Assembly: GCA_964616405.1 (NCBI GenBank)
Contig: CAZTRE010000004.1
Location: 1 to 64,000 of the forward strand
Source of the DNA: an uncultured Mycoplasma sp.
Lineage (GTDB): Bacteria > Bacillota_I > Bacilli_A > RF39 > UBA660
Length of the DNA stretch: 64,000 nucleotides
Direction of reading: 5' to 3'
A program made the translations under genes and the position numbers. Shown piece after piece: positions 28,825 through 37,097 of this stretch. How positions within the stretch are numbered: the stretch's first letter is position 1; each line of letters starts with the position of its first letter. The notes under the pieces are model-generated. The model searched no databases. It saw only the letters and a list, made by a program, of their open reading frames with translations, and was not told where the DNA came from.

Positions 28825-30615
28825 TTAGAATCCTCCACCTGAACCAAATGATTCTAACTCTTCTTTTGTTACTGCGATATTTATTCTCATTCTTCTACTA
28901 CCACATACAAACAAGGCTTCTCCTTGCGAATAACGTTTAATACTTTCTTTTTCATTTTCATTTAAATCAATCAATAATGATAAATCTTCTACTGCTTGTT
29001 TCTTTAATCCCATTACAAGATAGTAAGAAGCATTATCAAAGATTGCTTTACCTTCAGTAATTACTGCAGGCGCTGCGAAATCGCTAGGTTGTTGAGTAAT
29101 AATGATAGTACCTGTGTTATACTTACGAGCACGTCTTTGTACTTGAGCTAAGAATTCTGCACCTTGTTGGTTTTTATCGCCTAGTAAAACATGAGCTTCA
29201 TCTACTAGCATTACTGTATCAACACTAGAATCTAAACATAATCCCCATGCGTATTTTAAGACGTTGAATAACAAGGCATTTCTAATATTACTATCACTAT
29301 TCATTAACTCTTTAATATTAAATACCATGAAATCACTATTTCTTCTTAATGTTGTATGACCATCAAAGTAAAATCTTAGTTCTTTAACGATTGGTCTAAC
29401 TTCTAATTCTAGTCTTTCCATAATGTCACGCTCTTTTGTTTGATCAGTCATTGATAATAAACGGCCTTTAATAGTTGCGTAAACATCTGAGAAAATTGGG
29501 AAATCTGCTGATGTAAAATGTGAAAAATCTGTTTCAAAATCAATTCCAAAACGTTTATATGTATCTTGAACTACATCACTAAACATAGCTAAAACATCAT
29601 TTTCAATGGTTGGATTATAGTATTTCATAAATCCTTTTAAGAATTGTAAAGTTCTATTTAAAACTGTATAACCCATTCCATTTTTAATTTCTTCTTCGTC
29701 AGCATCAAATACTACTTCAAGTGGATTAATTAAACCAAAATCTCCACCTTTACCAATATCAATTGTATCTCCACCAAAAGATTTAGTAATATCTCTAAAT
29801 TCATCTTCTGGATCGATAATAACTATTTGACAACCATTTCTAATATGAGTTCTTAACAATAGCTTGGCTGCAGTTGATTTACCTGAACCTGATGTACCAA
29901 GCATAATCATATTAGCATTGTTTCTATTATGTTCTTTTCTTATTTTATATAAAAATTGGTTAAATAGGATAACTCCTCCAGAGAAGTCAACTCCAAGTAA
30001 TGTTGATAATCCTGGATCTTTTATACTATCGAAAATAAACGGATACATAGCTGCCACTGTTACAGATGGAATTGGGGTACCAATTCTTTGTTCAATATCT
30101 TGAGATGGGAAAATTGGTAGCATTGATTTCAATACTTTTTCTTGCTCAAAACGTAGAGAAATGGCTTTTAATTCCATTGCATCAAGATAGTTTTTAACAT
30201 TCATTTTCTTTAATTCTAACATTTCTTTTGTATCAGCCGATACCATTATGTGCATTTGGAAATCAAAGTTTTTAGCTTGGCTTCCAGCAACCATTGAAGT
30301 AAAGTATTCCAAACTTTCCGCATCTTGACGATATCTTTCACGTAAAGTTTGGTCTCTTTCATTACTATATTTTTCTTTTAAGTCGGCTATTTCTTTATTT
30401 AACATCTTAACCATATCTTGATATGGAACTGGAATATGTTTAATAACAATTTTGATTCCAGCCATATTTGTTAGAGAAGCTAAATAACCTGGTGTAATAT
30501 ATTTTGGAAATGAAACAACTGTTAAAATTGTCGCATATTTATCACTAATGAAAAATTCACTTGGTGAAAAATGTAGCCCTTTAGGAGCTAATTGACCTCT
30601 TATTCCTGTACTCAT
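28825..30615 (-). CDS. VirB4-like T4SS ATPase, C-terminal three-quarters (ATPase domain)
   Basis: Walker A MLGTSGSGKST, Walker B VMLVDEAHVLL, and IIITQQPSDF. The N-terminus PKGLHFSPSEFFISDKYATILTVVSFPKYITPGYL is the usual mid-protein linker of Gram-positive VirB4 proteins. Confidence 0.85.
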   Translation of the reverse strand: MSTGIRGQLAPKGLHFSPSEFFISDKYATILTVVSFPKYITPGYLASLTNMAGIKIVIKHIPVPYQDMVKMLNKEIADLKEKYSNERDQTLRERYRQDAESLEYFTSMVAGSQAKNFDFQMHIMVSADTKEMLELKKMNVKNYLDAMELKAISLRFEQEKVLKSMLPIFPSQDIEQRIGTPIPSVTVAAMYPFIFDSIKDPGLSTLLGVDFSGGVILFNQFLYKIRKEHNRNNANMIMLGTSGSGKSTAAKLLLRTHIRNGCQIVIIDPEDEFRDITKSFGGDTIDIGKGGDFGLINPLEVVFDADEEEIKNGMGYTVLNRTLQFLKGFMKYYNPTIENDVLAMFSDVVQDTYKRFGIDFETDFSHFTSADFPIFSDVYATIKGRLLSMTDQTKERDIMERLELEVRPIVKELRFYFDGHTTLRRNSDFMVFNIKELMNSDSNIRNALLFNVLKYAWGLCLDSSVDTVMLVDEAHVLLGDKNQQGAEFLAQVQRRARKYNTGTIIITQQPSDFAAPAVITEGKAIFDNASYYLVMGLKKQAVEDLSLLIDLNENEKESIKRYSQGEALFVCGSRRMRINIAVTKEELESFGSGGGF

Positions 30616-31166
30616 ACTGGCATCACTACTCCAAACTCAGTTGTACTTCCACCATTTAGGAAGTTATCTAAAACTATTCTTAAATCTGAATTACTTGCTT
30701 GTGCAGCAGTTAATCCACACGTTGCTAAACCATTAATTATCATTCTTACTCTTTTGGCTAAAATATCAGGGTCTTTAGACTTAAATAAGAAATAATATTC
30801 TGTATCAACAATATTATTATTGATGAAAGTTTGTCCTTTTTCAATGTCTTGTGCAATTAATTTTCTAATTGCTGGTGAACCAGCATCATTATAAAGTAGT
30901 TGTAATTGAGACATGTAAACAGAAATATCTACAGGTCGATCAGCTACTACTAACCAGAATTCAAAATCAATTGTATTATAGAAGTTTTTTAAACTTATTA
31001 ACATATTATCTTGAGCAATAGGATCTAAGATAAAAATGTTTTTTGGAGAAATTTTAACTCCAGTAATTTTAAAATTATCAGTTGTGATAATCATACTATT
31101 TTGGATACCTCTAACTGGTAACCATGCTTCTGTGGAACCATATCCACTACTTTTTTTTGTTGCCAC
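30612..31166 (-). CDS. VirB4-like T4SS ATPase, separate N-terminal domain ORF
   Basis: GTG start. WLPVRGIQNSMIITTDNFKITGVKISPKNIFILDPIAQDNMLISLKNFYNTIDFEFWLVV has the pattern of the N-terminal domain of Firmicute VirB4/TraE proteins. It ends at a TGA that overlaps the ATG of the next ORF (ATGA). Confidence 0.7.
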   Translation of the reverse strand: MATKKSSGYGSTEAWLPVRGIQNSMIITTDNFKITGVKISPKNIFILDPIAQDNMLISLKNFYNTIDFEFWLVVADRPVDISVYMSQLQLLYNDAGSPAIRKLIAQDIEKGQTFINNNIVDTEYYFLFKSKDPDILAKRVRMIINGLATCGLTAAQASNSDLRIVLDNFLNGGSTTEFGVVMPV

Positions 31167-31461
31167 TTTTATAACACCAACCCTTCCATATATAAGTTTG
31201 AGTATTAGTTAAAAACTCATACATTTCTATTAGTACATTTAATACATTATGATAATAAGGTAATGGGAACACTAAGAATCCCGTAATAACCGCTGGGCTC
31301 AACACCATTATTGTTACAAATGTTGAGCTAAGTGGCATAATTGCTAAAAATGTAAAAGTAATTAATATTCCTGTCCCAAATAATACCAAATCAAAGGGTT
31401 TAAACATACCCATAATTAATTTTCCTTTTTTCGTATTTGCAGGAATTAAATAGTTGTGCAC
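31147..31461 (-). CDS. PrgI-like / VirB3-like small membrane protein
   Basis: 104 aa. N-terminus IPANTKKGKLIMGMFKPFDLVLFGTGILITF followed by a second TM helix. It lies directly upstream of VirB4, as VirB3-type proteins do. Confidence 0.6.
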   Translation of the reverse strand: MHNYLIPANTKKGKLIMGMFKPFDLVLFGTGILITFTFLAIMPLSSTFVTIMVLSPAVITGFLVFPLPYYHNVLNVLIEMYEFLTNTQTYIWKGWCYKSGNKKK

Positions 31462-31512
31462 TATGTATCACACTCCTTTTAGTCTTCTATTATTCTTTTT
31501 AAAAACAAAGTC

Positions 31513-33465
31513 TTATGTACGTTTGTTAGTGACGTCTCCTTTGGATTTGAAATCTTTTACGTCAGTTTCAAATCTATATTTGCCACGAGAAGTTGCATTT
31601 TGAACATCTCTAATTGGAGCTCCAGTTTCATCAATAGGTAATTCGTCTGTAGTACCATCAGGATTTGATATTACACCTGTTATAACCTTACTAGGCGAAC
31701 GATAGGTTTTTGTATAAATATCAATAGGGCGTTGTCCATTACCAAGTAATTCTCGATTTTTGGCAGCTTTTTCATAAGCACTGTTAGCCTTAGCATACTT
31801 AGTTTGAGCTTCTTGGTAAGTGTCAAATGCCTGTAGATATTCTCGCTCAGCTGCTGCATCTGTAGGATTTTTGTGGAAAAGAGCCTCTTTAAGCTTCATA
31901 GCTCTTTCAGCTTTACCAGCTTCTGCCTGTAGAACATCGGCCTCTTGTTTAAGAGTGGCAATTTGATTTCTAGCGATTCCCATTTTTTCAGCTTGCTTTT
32001 CTGAAGTCTCAAAAGCCATACGATCTGTCATCTTTCCTAAGAAACCGCCATGAGCATTTTTATCACCAGTTCTGATTTGAGCTATCTGATCTCTGTTATG
32101 ACTCCATGAATCACCCCAGCCAAAGGCTTTTCCTTGTTTTTCTGCAGCAAGTGTACTATTAACACCATTAAGAGCTCCAGCAGCTAGACCTTTTAGTCCA
32201 CCGCCACCTATAGCCATAGCTGTTCCACCCATTATGGCAGCCATACCTAAATTTGAACCAGTACTTTTAATACCAAACGCATTCATAATGAACTTTGGTG
32301 CAATTTTAATAAAGAAGAACATTCCTATCCAAATAAAGATCATTGAAAGGATTCCAACTAGACCTTTAGCATTATTAATAACAACTCCATTTACAATCAT
32401 ATCTTGGATTAAGAATAATATAAAATATATGACTGCTAGATGTAAAAATAGTTCTAAGTAGGTTGTTGTTAAAGATTTTGTCCATGCTCCAAGTGCTCCA
32501 CCATCCTTACTAGGTTGAATGTTACTTATAATTGGTATTGGCGCAATTATTCTTAAAACAGCCAATTTAATGGAACGCATAGCAATTGTAATGATTTCTC
32601 CTAATAAAATCCATACAAAGACAACAGCGACAATAGTTGAAATTATCGGCATATAAGCAAAGACATATTTATCCCTACCAGATAATCTTTTGTATGTAGC
32701 CATAACTTTATCTAGTGCACCACCTTCCGGTGCTTCACAACTGGCATTAATTAAAGCCAAAATTTCATTTGGACTAGCATCATATGCGGTGTAAATATTC
32801 AAAGTATCTTCATCAATATATTCACAGACACGTGAATCGGGATTTGTTTCATCCTTGTCACCATCTGATTTTACATTAATTCTAACAAAGCCTTTTAGAA
32901 CAGTCGAAGTAAAAATATTAGATGACTGCTTGAGTTTAGCATTTTGTTTATCGGCACCTGTTAAAGTACTATCGTTAGTCGAGGTCCCGCCGGCAGTATT
33001 CTCGGTGGTTCCTAATATAAGACGCCCTAAAGTATTGTTTTCTAAGATTCTTGTTTGTAAGGAATATAATGTACCAAATAATAATCCGTTATTATTAAGT
33101 TGAATTTCATATTCTGTACGAGCTGCAGGGATATTAATTGGCGTTAATACTGCTAGTAAAACAAGTGCAGTAATAACCCTAGTTATGATATTACCGAAAC
33201 CATTCTTCTTATCTGTAAATGTATCTGGATTTAAGATTCCCTGAATAATGGTTATAGCTAATTTAAAAATCATAAATACACCAAGTATTAATTGAATACG
33301 ACCATACATGTTTCTAACTGTTTCATTTGAGAAAATATCAGCACTGGCAACATTAAATAGGATTTCATACATTATACCTAATAACCCATAAGCAACACGG
33401 TCTATCAATGCAAAAAGAGATCTAAATAGATCATTAATAGTATTAGCATTCATGAAGTCTGTCAT
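31513..33465 (-). CDS. VirB6/TrbL-like polytopic channel protein with a C-terminal coiled-coil domain
   Basis: 650 aa with at least 6 hydrophobic segments separated by a large exported loop. Its Gly-rich TM region (GMAAIMGGTAMAIGGGGLKGLAAGALNG) and its position match VirB6-like proteins of Gram-positive and Mollicute conjugative elements. Confidence 0.6.
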   Translation of the reverse strand: MTDFMNANTINDLFRSLFALIDRVAYGLLGIMYEILFNVASADIFSNETVRNMYGRIQLILGVFMIFKLAITIIQGILNPDTFTDKKNGFGNIITRVITALVLLAVLTPINIPAARTEYEIQLNNNGLLFGTLYSLQTRILENNTLGRLILGTTENTAGGTSTNDSTLTGADKQNAKLKQSSNIFTSTVLKGFVRINVKSDGDKDETNPDSRVCEYIDEDTLNIYTAYDASPNEILALINASCEAPEGGALDKVMATYKRLSGRDKYVFAYMPIISTIVAVVFVWILLGEIITIAMRSIKLAVLRIIAPIPIISNIQPSKDGGALGAWTKSLTTTYLELFLHLAVIYFILFLIQDMIVNGVVINNAKGLVGILSMIFIWIGMFFFIKIAPKFIMNAFGIKSTGSNLGMAAIMGGTAMAIGGGGLKGLAAGALNGVNSTLAAEKQGKAFGWGDSWSHNRDQIAQIRTGDKNAHGGFLGKMTDRMAFETSEKQAEKMGIARNQIATLKQEADVLQAEAGKAERAMKLKEALFHKNPTDAAAEREYLQAFDTYQEAQTKYAKANSAYEKAAKNRELLGNGQRPIDIYTKTYRSPSKVITGVISNPDGTTDELPIDETGAPIRDVQNATSRGKYRFETDVKDFKSKGDVTNKRT

Positions 33466-33493
33466 TAAATTTCACCTCTTTTACTTTGCTATT

Positions 33494-34000
33494 TTAGTGT
33501 AATCCACAAGTGGCATTTGATGTTATTCCAAAGATATCAAGTAATGCCATAACTAATTGTGGCAGGAAGAATAAACTTACCGCTAATAATAATCTTGTTA
33601 TTAATTTTTTTTGAGCTTTTTTCATTCCTTCATCATCACTTGTAATAATGACTTTAGCAAAATCAACTCCACTCATTACTACAACAATAAATGGTCCTAT
33701 TATCTTTAAATAATTTAAGATTTTTTGTAGTAGCCAGGCTACTGAATCTTCATCATTAACATTTCCTAGTAAACCATTTTCTCCACAATTTTGATTTTTA
33801 TTATATTCATCTAGCCACTCATCCATGTCTTTTTCAGTGGTTGGTGCATCTTCAAAAGATCTATAAACAAGGGCTGTATTTGTATATTGATATGAAAGAA
33901 TTGTTTTCTCACTTGATATTTCTTTAGCTAAAACATTGCTAGGTATAAATAAAGCAAAAAGTGCGAAGACAATTAAAAAGATTGTTTGCTTTGTTTTCAT
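33494..34000 (-). CDS. VirB2/TrbC-like hairpin membrane protein with a Sec signal peptide (paralog B)
   Basis: Signal peptide MKTKQTIFLIVFALFALFIPSNVLA/KE. The C-terminal two-TM hairpin IIGPFIVVVMSGVDFAKVIITSDDEGMKKAQKKLITRLLLAVSLFFLPQLV aligns with 34091-34420. Confidence 0.55.
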   Translation of the reverse strand: MKTKQTIFLIVFALFALFIPSNVLAKEISSEKTILSYQYTNTALVYRSFEDAPTTEKDMDEWLDEYNKNQNCGENGLLGNVNDEDSVAWLLQKILNYLKIIGPFIVVVMSGVDFAKVIITSDDEGMKKAQKKLITRLLLAVSLFFLPQLVMALLDIFGITSNATCGLH

Positions 34001-34090
34001 AAGATCACTCCAAAAATATTATATCATATTAAGTATAACAAATGAAAAAAAAAATAGCAATTTATTTACTATTTTTTGTTTTTTTCTATG

Positions 34091-34420
34091 TTATTTTGCT
34101 GCTTCCCAGCAAGCTTTCCATCCTTCAGTATTTCCAGTTCCACCTTTAGCTACAATATCCATGATAGCTTGAACTAAATATACTACGAAGAAAATTAATG
34201 CTGCATAGATACAACGTTTAATTAATCTACTTTGTGCTGCTTTAACTTCTTTTTCATCGCTTGCAATAACAGCTTTACCGAAATCAACAAATGCAAATAT
34301 GATTAATACGATTGGAATAACTATATATACAACTGGTAAAACTCCATTTTTAATAAGTCTTACTAATGGTAATAATCCTCCACATGCATCAATATCAGCT
34401 AATTGAATCAAATTTAACAT
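34091..34420 (-). CDS. VirB2/TrbC-like hairpin membrane protein (paralog A)
   Basis: 109 aa. The two-TM hairpin VYIVIPIVLIIFAFVDFGKAVIASDEKEVKAAQSRLIKRCIYAALIFFVVYLV shares the DF.K..I.SD.....KAQ..LI.R core with paralog B. Confidence 0.55.
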   Translation of the reverse strand: MLNLIQLADIDACGGLLPLVRLIKNGVLPVVYIVIPIVLIIFAFVDFGKAVIASDEKEVKAAQSRLIKRCIYAALIFFVVYLVQAIMDIVAKGGTGNTEGWKACWEAAK

Positions 34421-34475
34421 ACAAACCTCTCCTTCAATGTATATAATACATTATTTATATTTTTTTGTCAATTAT

Positions 34476-35549
34476 CTAGCGTCTAAACAAACCAAATATT
34501 TTACTATTACTTATTCCAACCTGTACAAGCCCTAATTTAGATAACAAACCGGTAATTGCTTCATTCTTTTTACGATCGTTCAAAGGTGGCAATGTATAGA
34601 AGAACTTAATACCTGCTTCATACTCTAATTCACTAACCTCTTTAGCTGTTAGTAACGATTGATTTAATATTATTTTTTGGTTTTTTAGTTTTGCAAAAAT
34701 ATTTCTATTTCTTCTTATTAATTTATTTAATCTTAATGTACTTGATTCTAATAAATATAGAACTTCATCACAAATAGTATTGTCATCATAATCGTTTAAA
34801 TCAATTAAAATAATAGACATACCATTATATTTTCCAATAACTCCCCTTAAATTATTCATATTTGTAGATATCATTGCTTTGTCGTTAAAAAATTGAAATT
34901 CATTTTTATTAACTTCTATAGCAATTACTTTATTTTCTCCAAATATTGATGCTAATTCTTTTTTTAACATATAAATCAAACTAGTAGAACCGGCATGGTC
35001 TGTTACTGATCTTAATCCTATTTTGATTGTTTTATTCATGATACTTTGTGATGCTTCAATGGTTGTTTGAACATCATCTTCAGGTATTTGAATTTGAACC
35101 GCACCAGTTTCATTTATCGATTCGTTAATGTTCTCAATTGGTCGTGGTGGTGATGGTATATTACCTCCACCCATTTTAAGAATATGAGCAACATCTTCAT
35201 ACGAGTTTGATTTTGTTAATAAGTATTTTACACCTTCAAGATTAGTAGTAAAATTGTAAATACCCATTGTTACTAATTGAGATAAGAAATTAGGAGTACA
35301 AATACTATTTCCTTCTGGAATAAAGAAAATAGTTTTATCAGAATCTAAGCCTTCCGCTAAAATCTTAAACATTTTTACATCTGTATAACCTTTGATAGCT
35401 GTAACATCCAAGACCATTTTATTATAGAAAAAGTTTTTAAACATTTCAACTATTTCATTTGCTCCAAATGATCCTGTTATACTTTTTATGACATCAATGT
35501 CTAGTGTGGCGATTAGTGCTTGTTGCTCATTAGCAATAATTACATTCAC
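34476..35549 (-). CDS. TadZ/CpaE-like protein (receiver-like N-domain and ParA/MinD-like domain with a degenerate P-loop)
   Basis: The N-terminal 110 aa are receiver-like (MNVIIANEQQ..., VLDVTAI). The C-terminal domain has ParA/MinD-like strand order (IGLRSVTDHAGSTSLIYMLKKELA ... IILIDLND ... IILNQS), but TDHAGST stands where KGGxGKT/S is expected. Confidence 0.5.
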   Translation of the reverse strand: MNVIIANEQQALIATLDIDVIKSITGSFGANEIVEMFKNFFYNKMVLDVTAIKGYTDVKMFKILAEGLDSDKTIFFIPEGNSICTPNFLSQLVTMGIYNFTTNLEGVKYLLTKSNSYEDVAHILKMGGGNIPSPPRPIENINESINETGAVQIQIPEDDVQTTIEASQSIMNKTIKIGLRSVTDHAGSTSLIYMLKKELASIFGENKVIAIEVNKNEFQFFNDKAMISTNMNNLRGVIGKYNGMSIILIDLNDYDDNTICDEVLYLLESSTLRLNKLIRRNRNIFAKLKNQKIILNQSLLTAKEVSELEYEAGIKFFYTLPPLNDRKKNEAITGLLSKLGLVQVGISNSKIFGLFRR

Positions 35550-35555
35550 TTACAA

Positions 35556-36011
35556 TCACCATCCTATAACTATTGGTTTAGTATCACCAGATACTTGAAA
35601 GATTTTAAGTCCTGGTAATATCTTATTAATAATAGGTATATCAATATTTATTTGCGTAACGATTTTAAAATAAGCTTTTTGCTTTGTATCTGATGTACTA
35701 GAATTGCTTGGTTTAGCAATTTCAACTTTTTTAAAGCAATAGCCATTACCACAAGTATAGCCTTCTTCTGTTAAATCAAAATCTGGGGCATCGTAACCAA
35801 GTTGCTTCATATACTCAAGAATTTGAGAATGACATTTGTTGGCAGCATTAATTTCACATTGTCCCTCATATTGCTCAAATGTTGAAATTATTTTATTTTT
35901 AACTCTGAATGCTTTCGTATAGTTAACATTAAAAGCTAAATAGCCTGAAACTAAAACTAAGAAAACAACAATAATTACCAAGTTTGCTACTCCACCAAAA
36001 GCATCACGCAT
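35556..36011 (-). CDS. pilin-like (TadE-like pseudopilin) protein
   Basis: N-terminus MRDAFG/GVANLVIIVVFLVLVSGYLAF: a short charged leader ending in Gly, then a hydrophobic helix of about 22 aa and a Cys-containing globular domain. AGAAGGTG RBS 7 nt upstream. It lies directly after the Flp-like gene. Confidence 0.5.
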   Translation of the reverse strand: MRDAFGGVANLVIIVVFLVLVSGYLAFNVNYTKAFRVKNKIISTFEQYEGQCEINAANKCHSQILEYMKQLGYDAPDFDLTEEGYTCGNGYCFKKVEIAKPSNSSTSDTKQKAYFKIVTQINIDIPIINKILPGLKIFQVSGDTKPIVIGW

Positions 36012-36038
36012 TTAAATACACCTTCTTTTATCTTTCTC

Positions 36039-36209
36039 TTATTTTTCTACAATGATAACACCAGTTGGCGATCCACCACTGATATTATTCCATTGAGCAT
36101 TTAATGCATTTTGAATATTTGGCCACATAACCCAGAAGAATCCAATTACTGCAGCAATTGCTATCAATGTAATAACAGTTAAGTTTAATTCACCTGTCGC
36201 ATCTTTCAT
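36039..36209 (-). CDS. unannotated 56-aa Flp-like small pilin candidate
   Basis: Absent from the ORF track, presumably because it is under 60 aa. Translation: MKDATGELNLTVITLIAIAAVIGFFWVMWPNIQNALNAQWNNISGGSPTGVIIVEK. It has a short leader ending in Gly and a hydrophobic helix, and lies between tadC-like and tadE-like genes. An in-frame TAA sits immediately upstream of the ATG. Confidence 0.6.
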   Translation of the reverse strand: MKDATGELNLTVITLIAIAAVIGFFWVMWPNIQNALNAQWNNISGGSPTGVIIVEK

Positions 36210-36242
36210 TTACATTACACATCCTTTCATTATTCTAAATTT

Positions 36243-36271
36243 ATTATAGCAAAATTATATTTGTTAAACAA
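36243..36271 (-). promoter_or_regulatory. sigma-A-type promoter for the Flp-like pilin gene
   Basis: On the minus strand: TTGTTT (36271-36266), a 17-nt spacer, then TATAAT (36248-36243). This is about 35 nt upstream of the pilin ATG and just after the tadC-like stop codon. Confidence 0.5.
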
Positions 36272-36287
36272 CTTTTTTTAATTAACT

Positions 36288-37097
36288 TTACATACTGAAC
36301 ATCATCATCATTGCAATTAATATTACTAACATAACACCGACACCAGTTACCACTAACATAACCATTGTCTGTGATTCCATGAAGCTTAGACGTTCTTTAT
36401 ATTTAGTTTCTCTAGCTTTATTCTGTAATGCAGATACTGTTTTTGAAAACATCATTAAACGTTCTTGCTTTTTCTCTTGAGAACCTAAACCTAAACGATA
36501 TAGTAAACGCATCATACGCATTGAATCTCTTACTGGATAGGTATTAGCAAATTCCATATATGGATCAATTGTTGCATCACCGGCATTAATACGATCAATT
36601 AATTTTCTTAATCCTGGCTTAAAAATATCAGGGGCATCATCAATTGATTTACCTAATGCAACTGGTACAGTATAATGTTGAATTAAAATTTCTAAACTCT
36701 TTAAATAGTATGGCAACATTATATCAATTTCATGTAAATGTTTTTTATAATATGATTTTAGTTGGGTATATGATGATTTAAATACTACAAAAGCAACTAC
36801 GGCTGCTAAAGCAATATATAAGAAAATTTTAGAACTAAAACCTCCAGCAGAATCTCCTCCACTTAAAGCAAAAGCTAAGACCATAAAGAAAGTTAAAATC
36901 CCATAGGTTACTCTCTTCATATATAATTGCTTTACATCTACACTTTCTCCATATTTGGCATATACTAAGAATTCATAATCTTTTTCTTTTAGTGCTTCTA
37001 AGTACTTTTCGTTATCAGCAAAAAATTTATTCTTATCAATGGTATTGTTATATACGAATACAAATATTAAAATAACTCCTATTAATACTATTTCCAT
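36288..37097 (-). CDS. TadC-like platform protein (type II secretion system F domain)
   Basis: 269 aa with TM helices at the N-terminus, the middle and the C-terminus. The cytoplasmic T2SSF-like helical domain reads LPYYLKSLEILIQHYTVPVALGKSIDD...LRKLIDRINAGDATIDPYMEFANTYP. Its start overlaps the stop of the tadB-like gene. Confidence 0.55.
   Translation of the reverse strand: MEIVLIGVILIFVFVYNNTIDKNKFFADNEKYLEALKEKDYEFLVYAKYGESVDVKQLYMKRVTYGILTFFMVLAFALSGGDSAGGFSSKIFLYIALAAVVAFVVFKSSYTQLKSYYKKHLHEIDIMLPYYLKSLEILIQHYTVPVALGKSIDDAPDIFKPGLRKLIDRINAGDATIDPYMEFANTYPVRDSMRMMRLLYRLGLGSQEKKQERLMMFSKTVSALQNKARETKYKERLSFMESQTMVMLVVTGVGVMLVILIAMMMMFSM

Noticed and set aside
34018-34076. A possible internal promoter (TGATATAAT extended -10 on the minus strand at 34018-34026) and an A/U-rich attenuator hairpin (34045-34076) between the two VirB2-like genes.
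   Set aside because: A start site about 7 nt downstream of that -10 would fall on the GGAG RBS of the next gene and leave essentially no leader. The hairpin is 8 bp, seven of them A-U pairs, with an 11-nt loop. Both are too weak to list as features, though the hairpin is mentioned in the VirB2-like finding.
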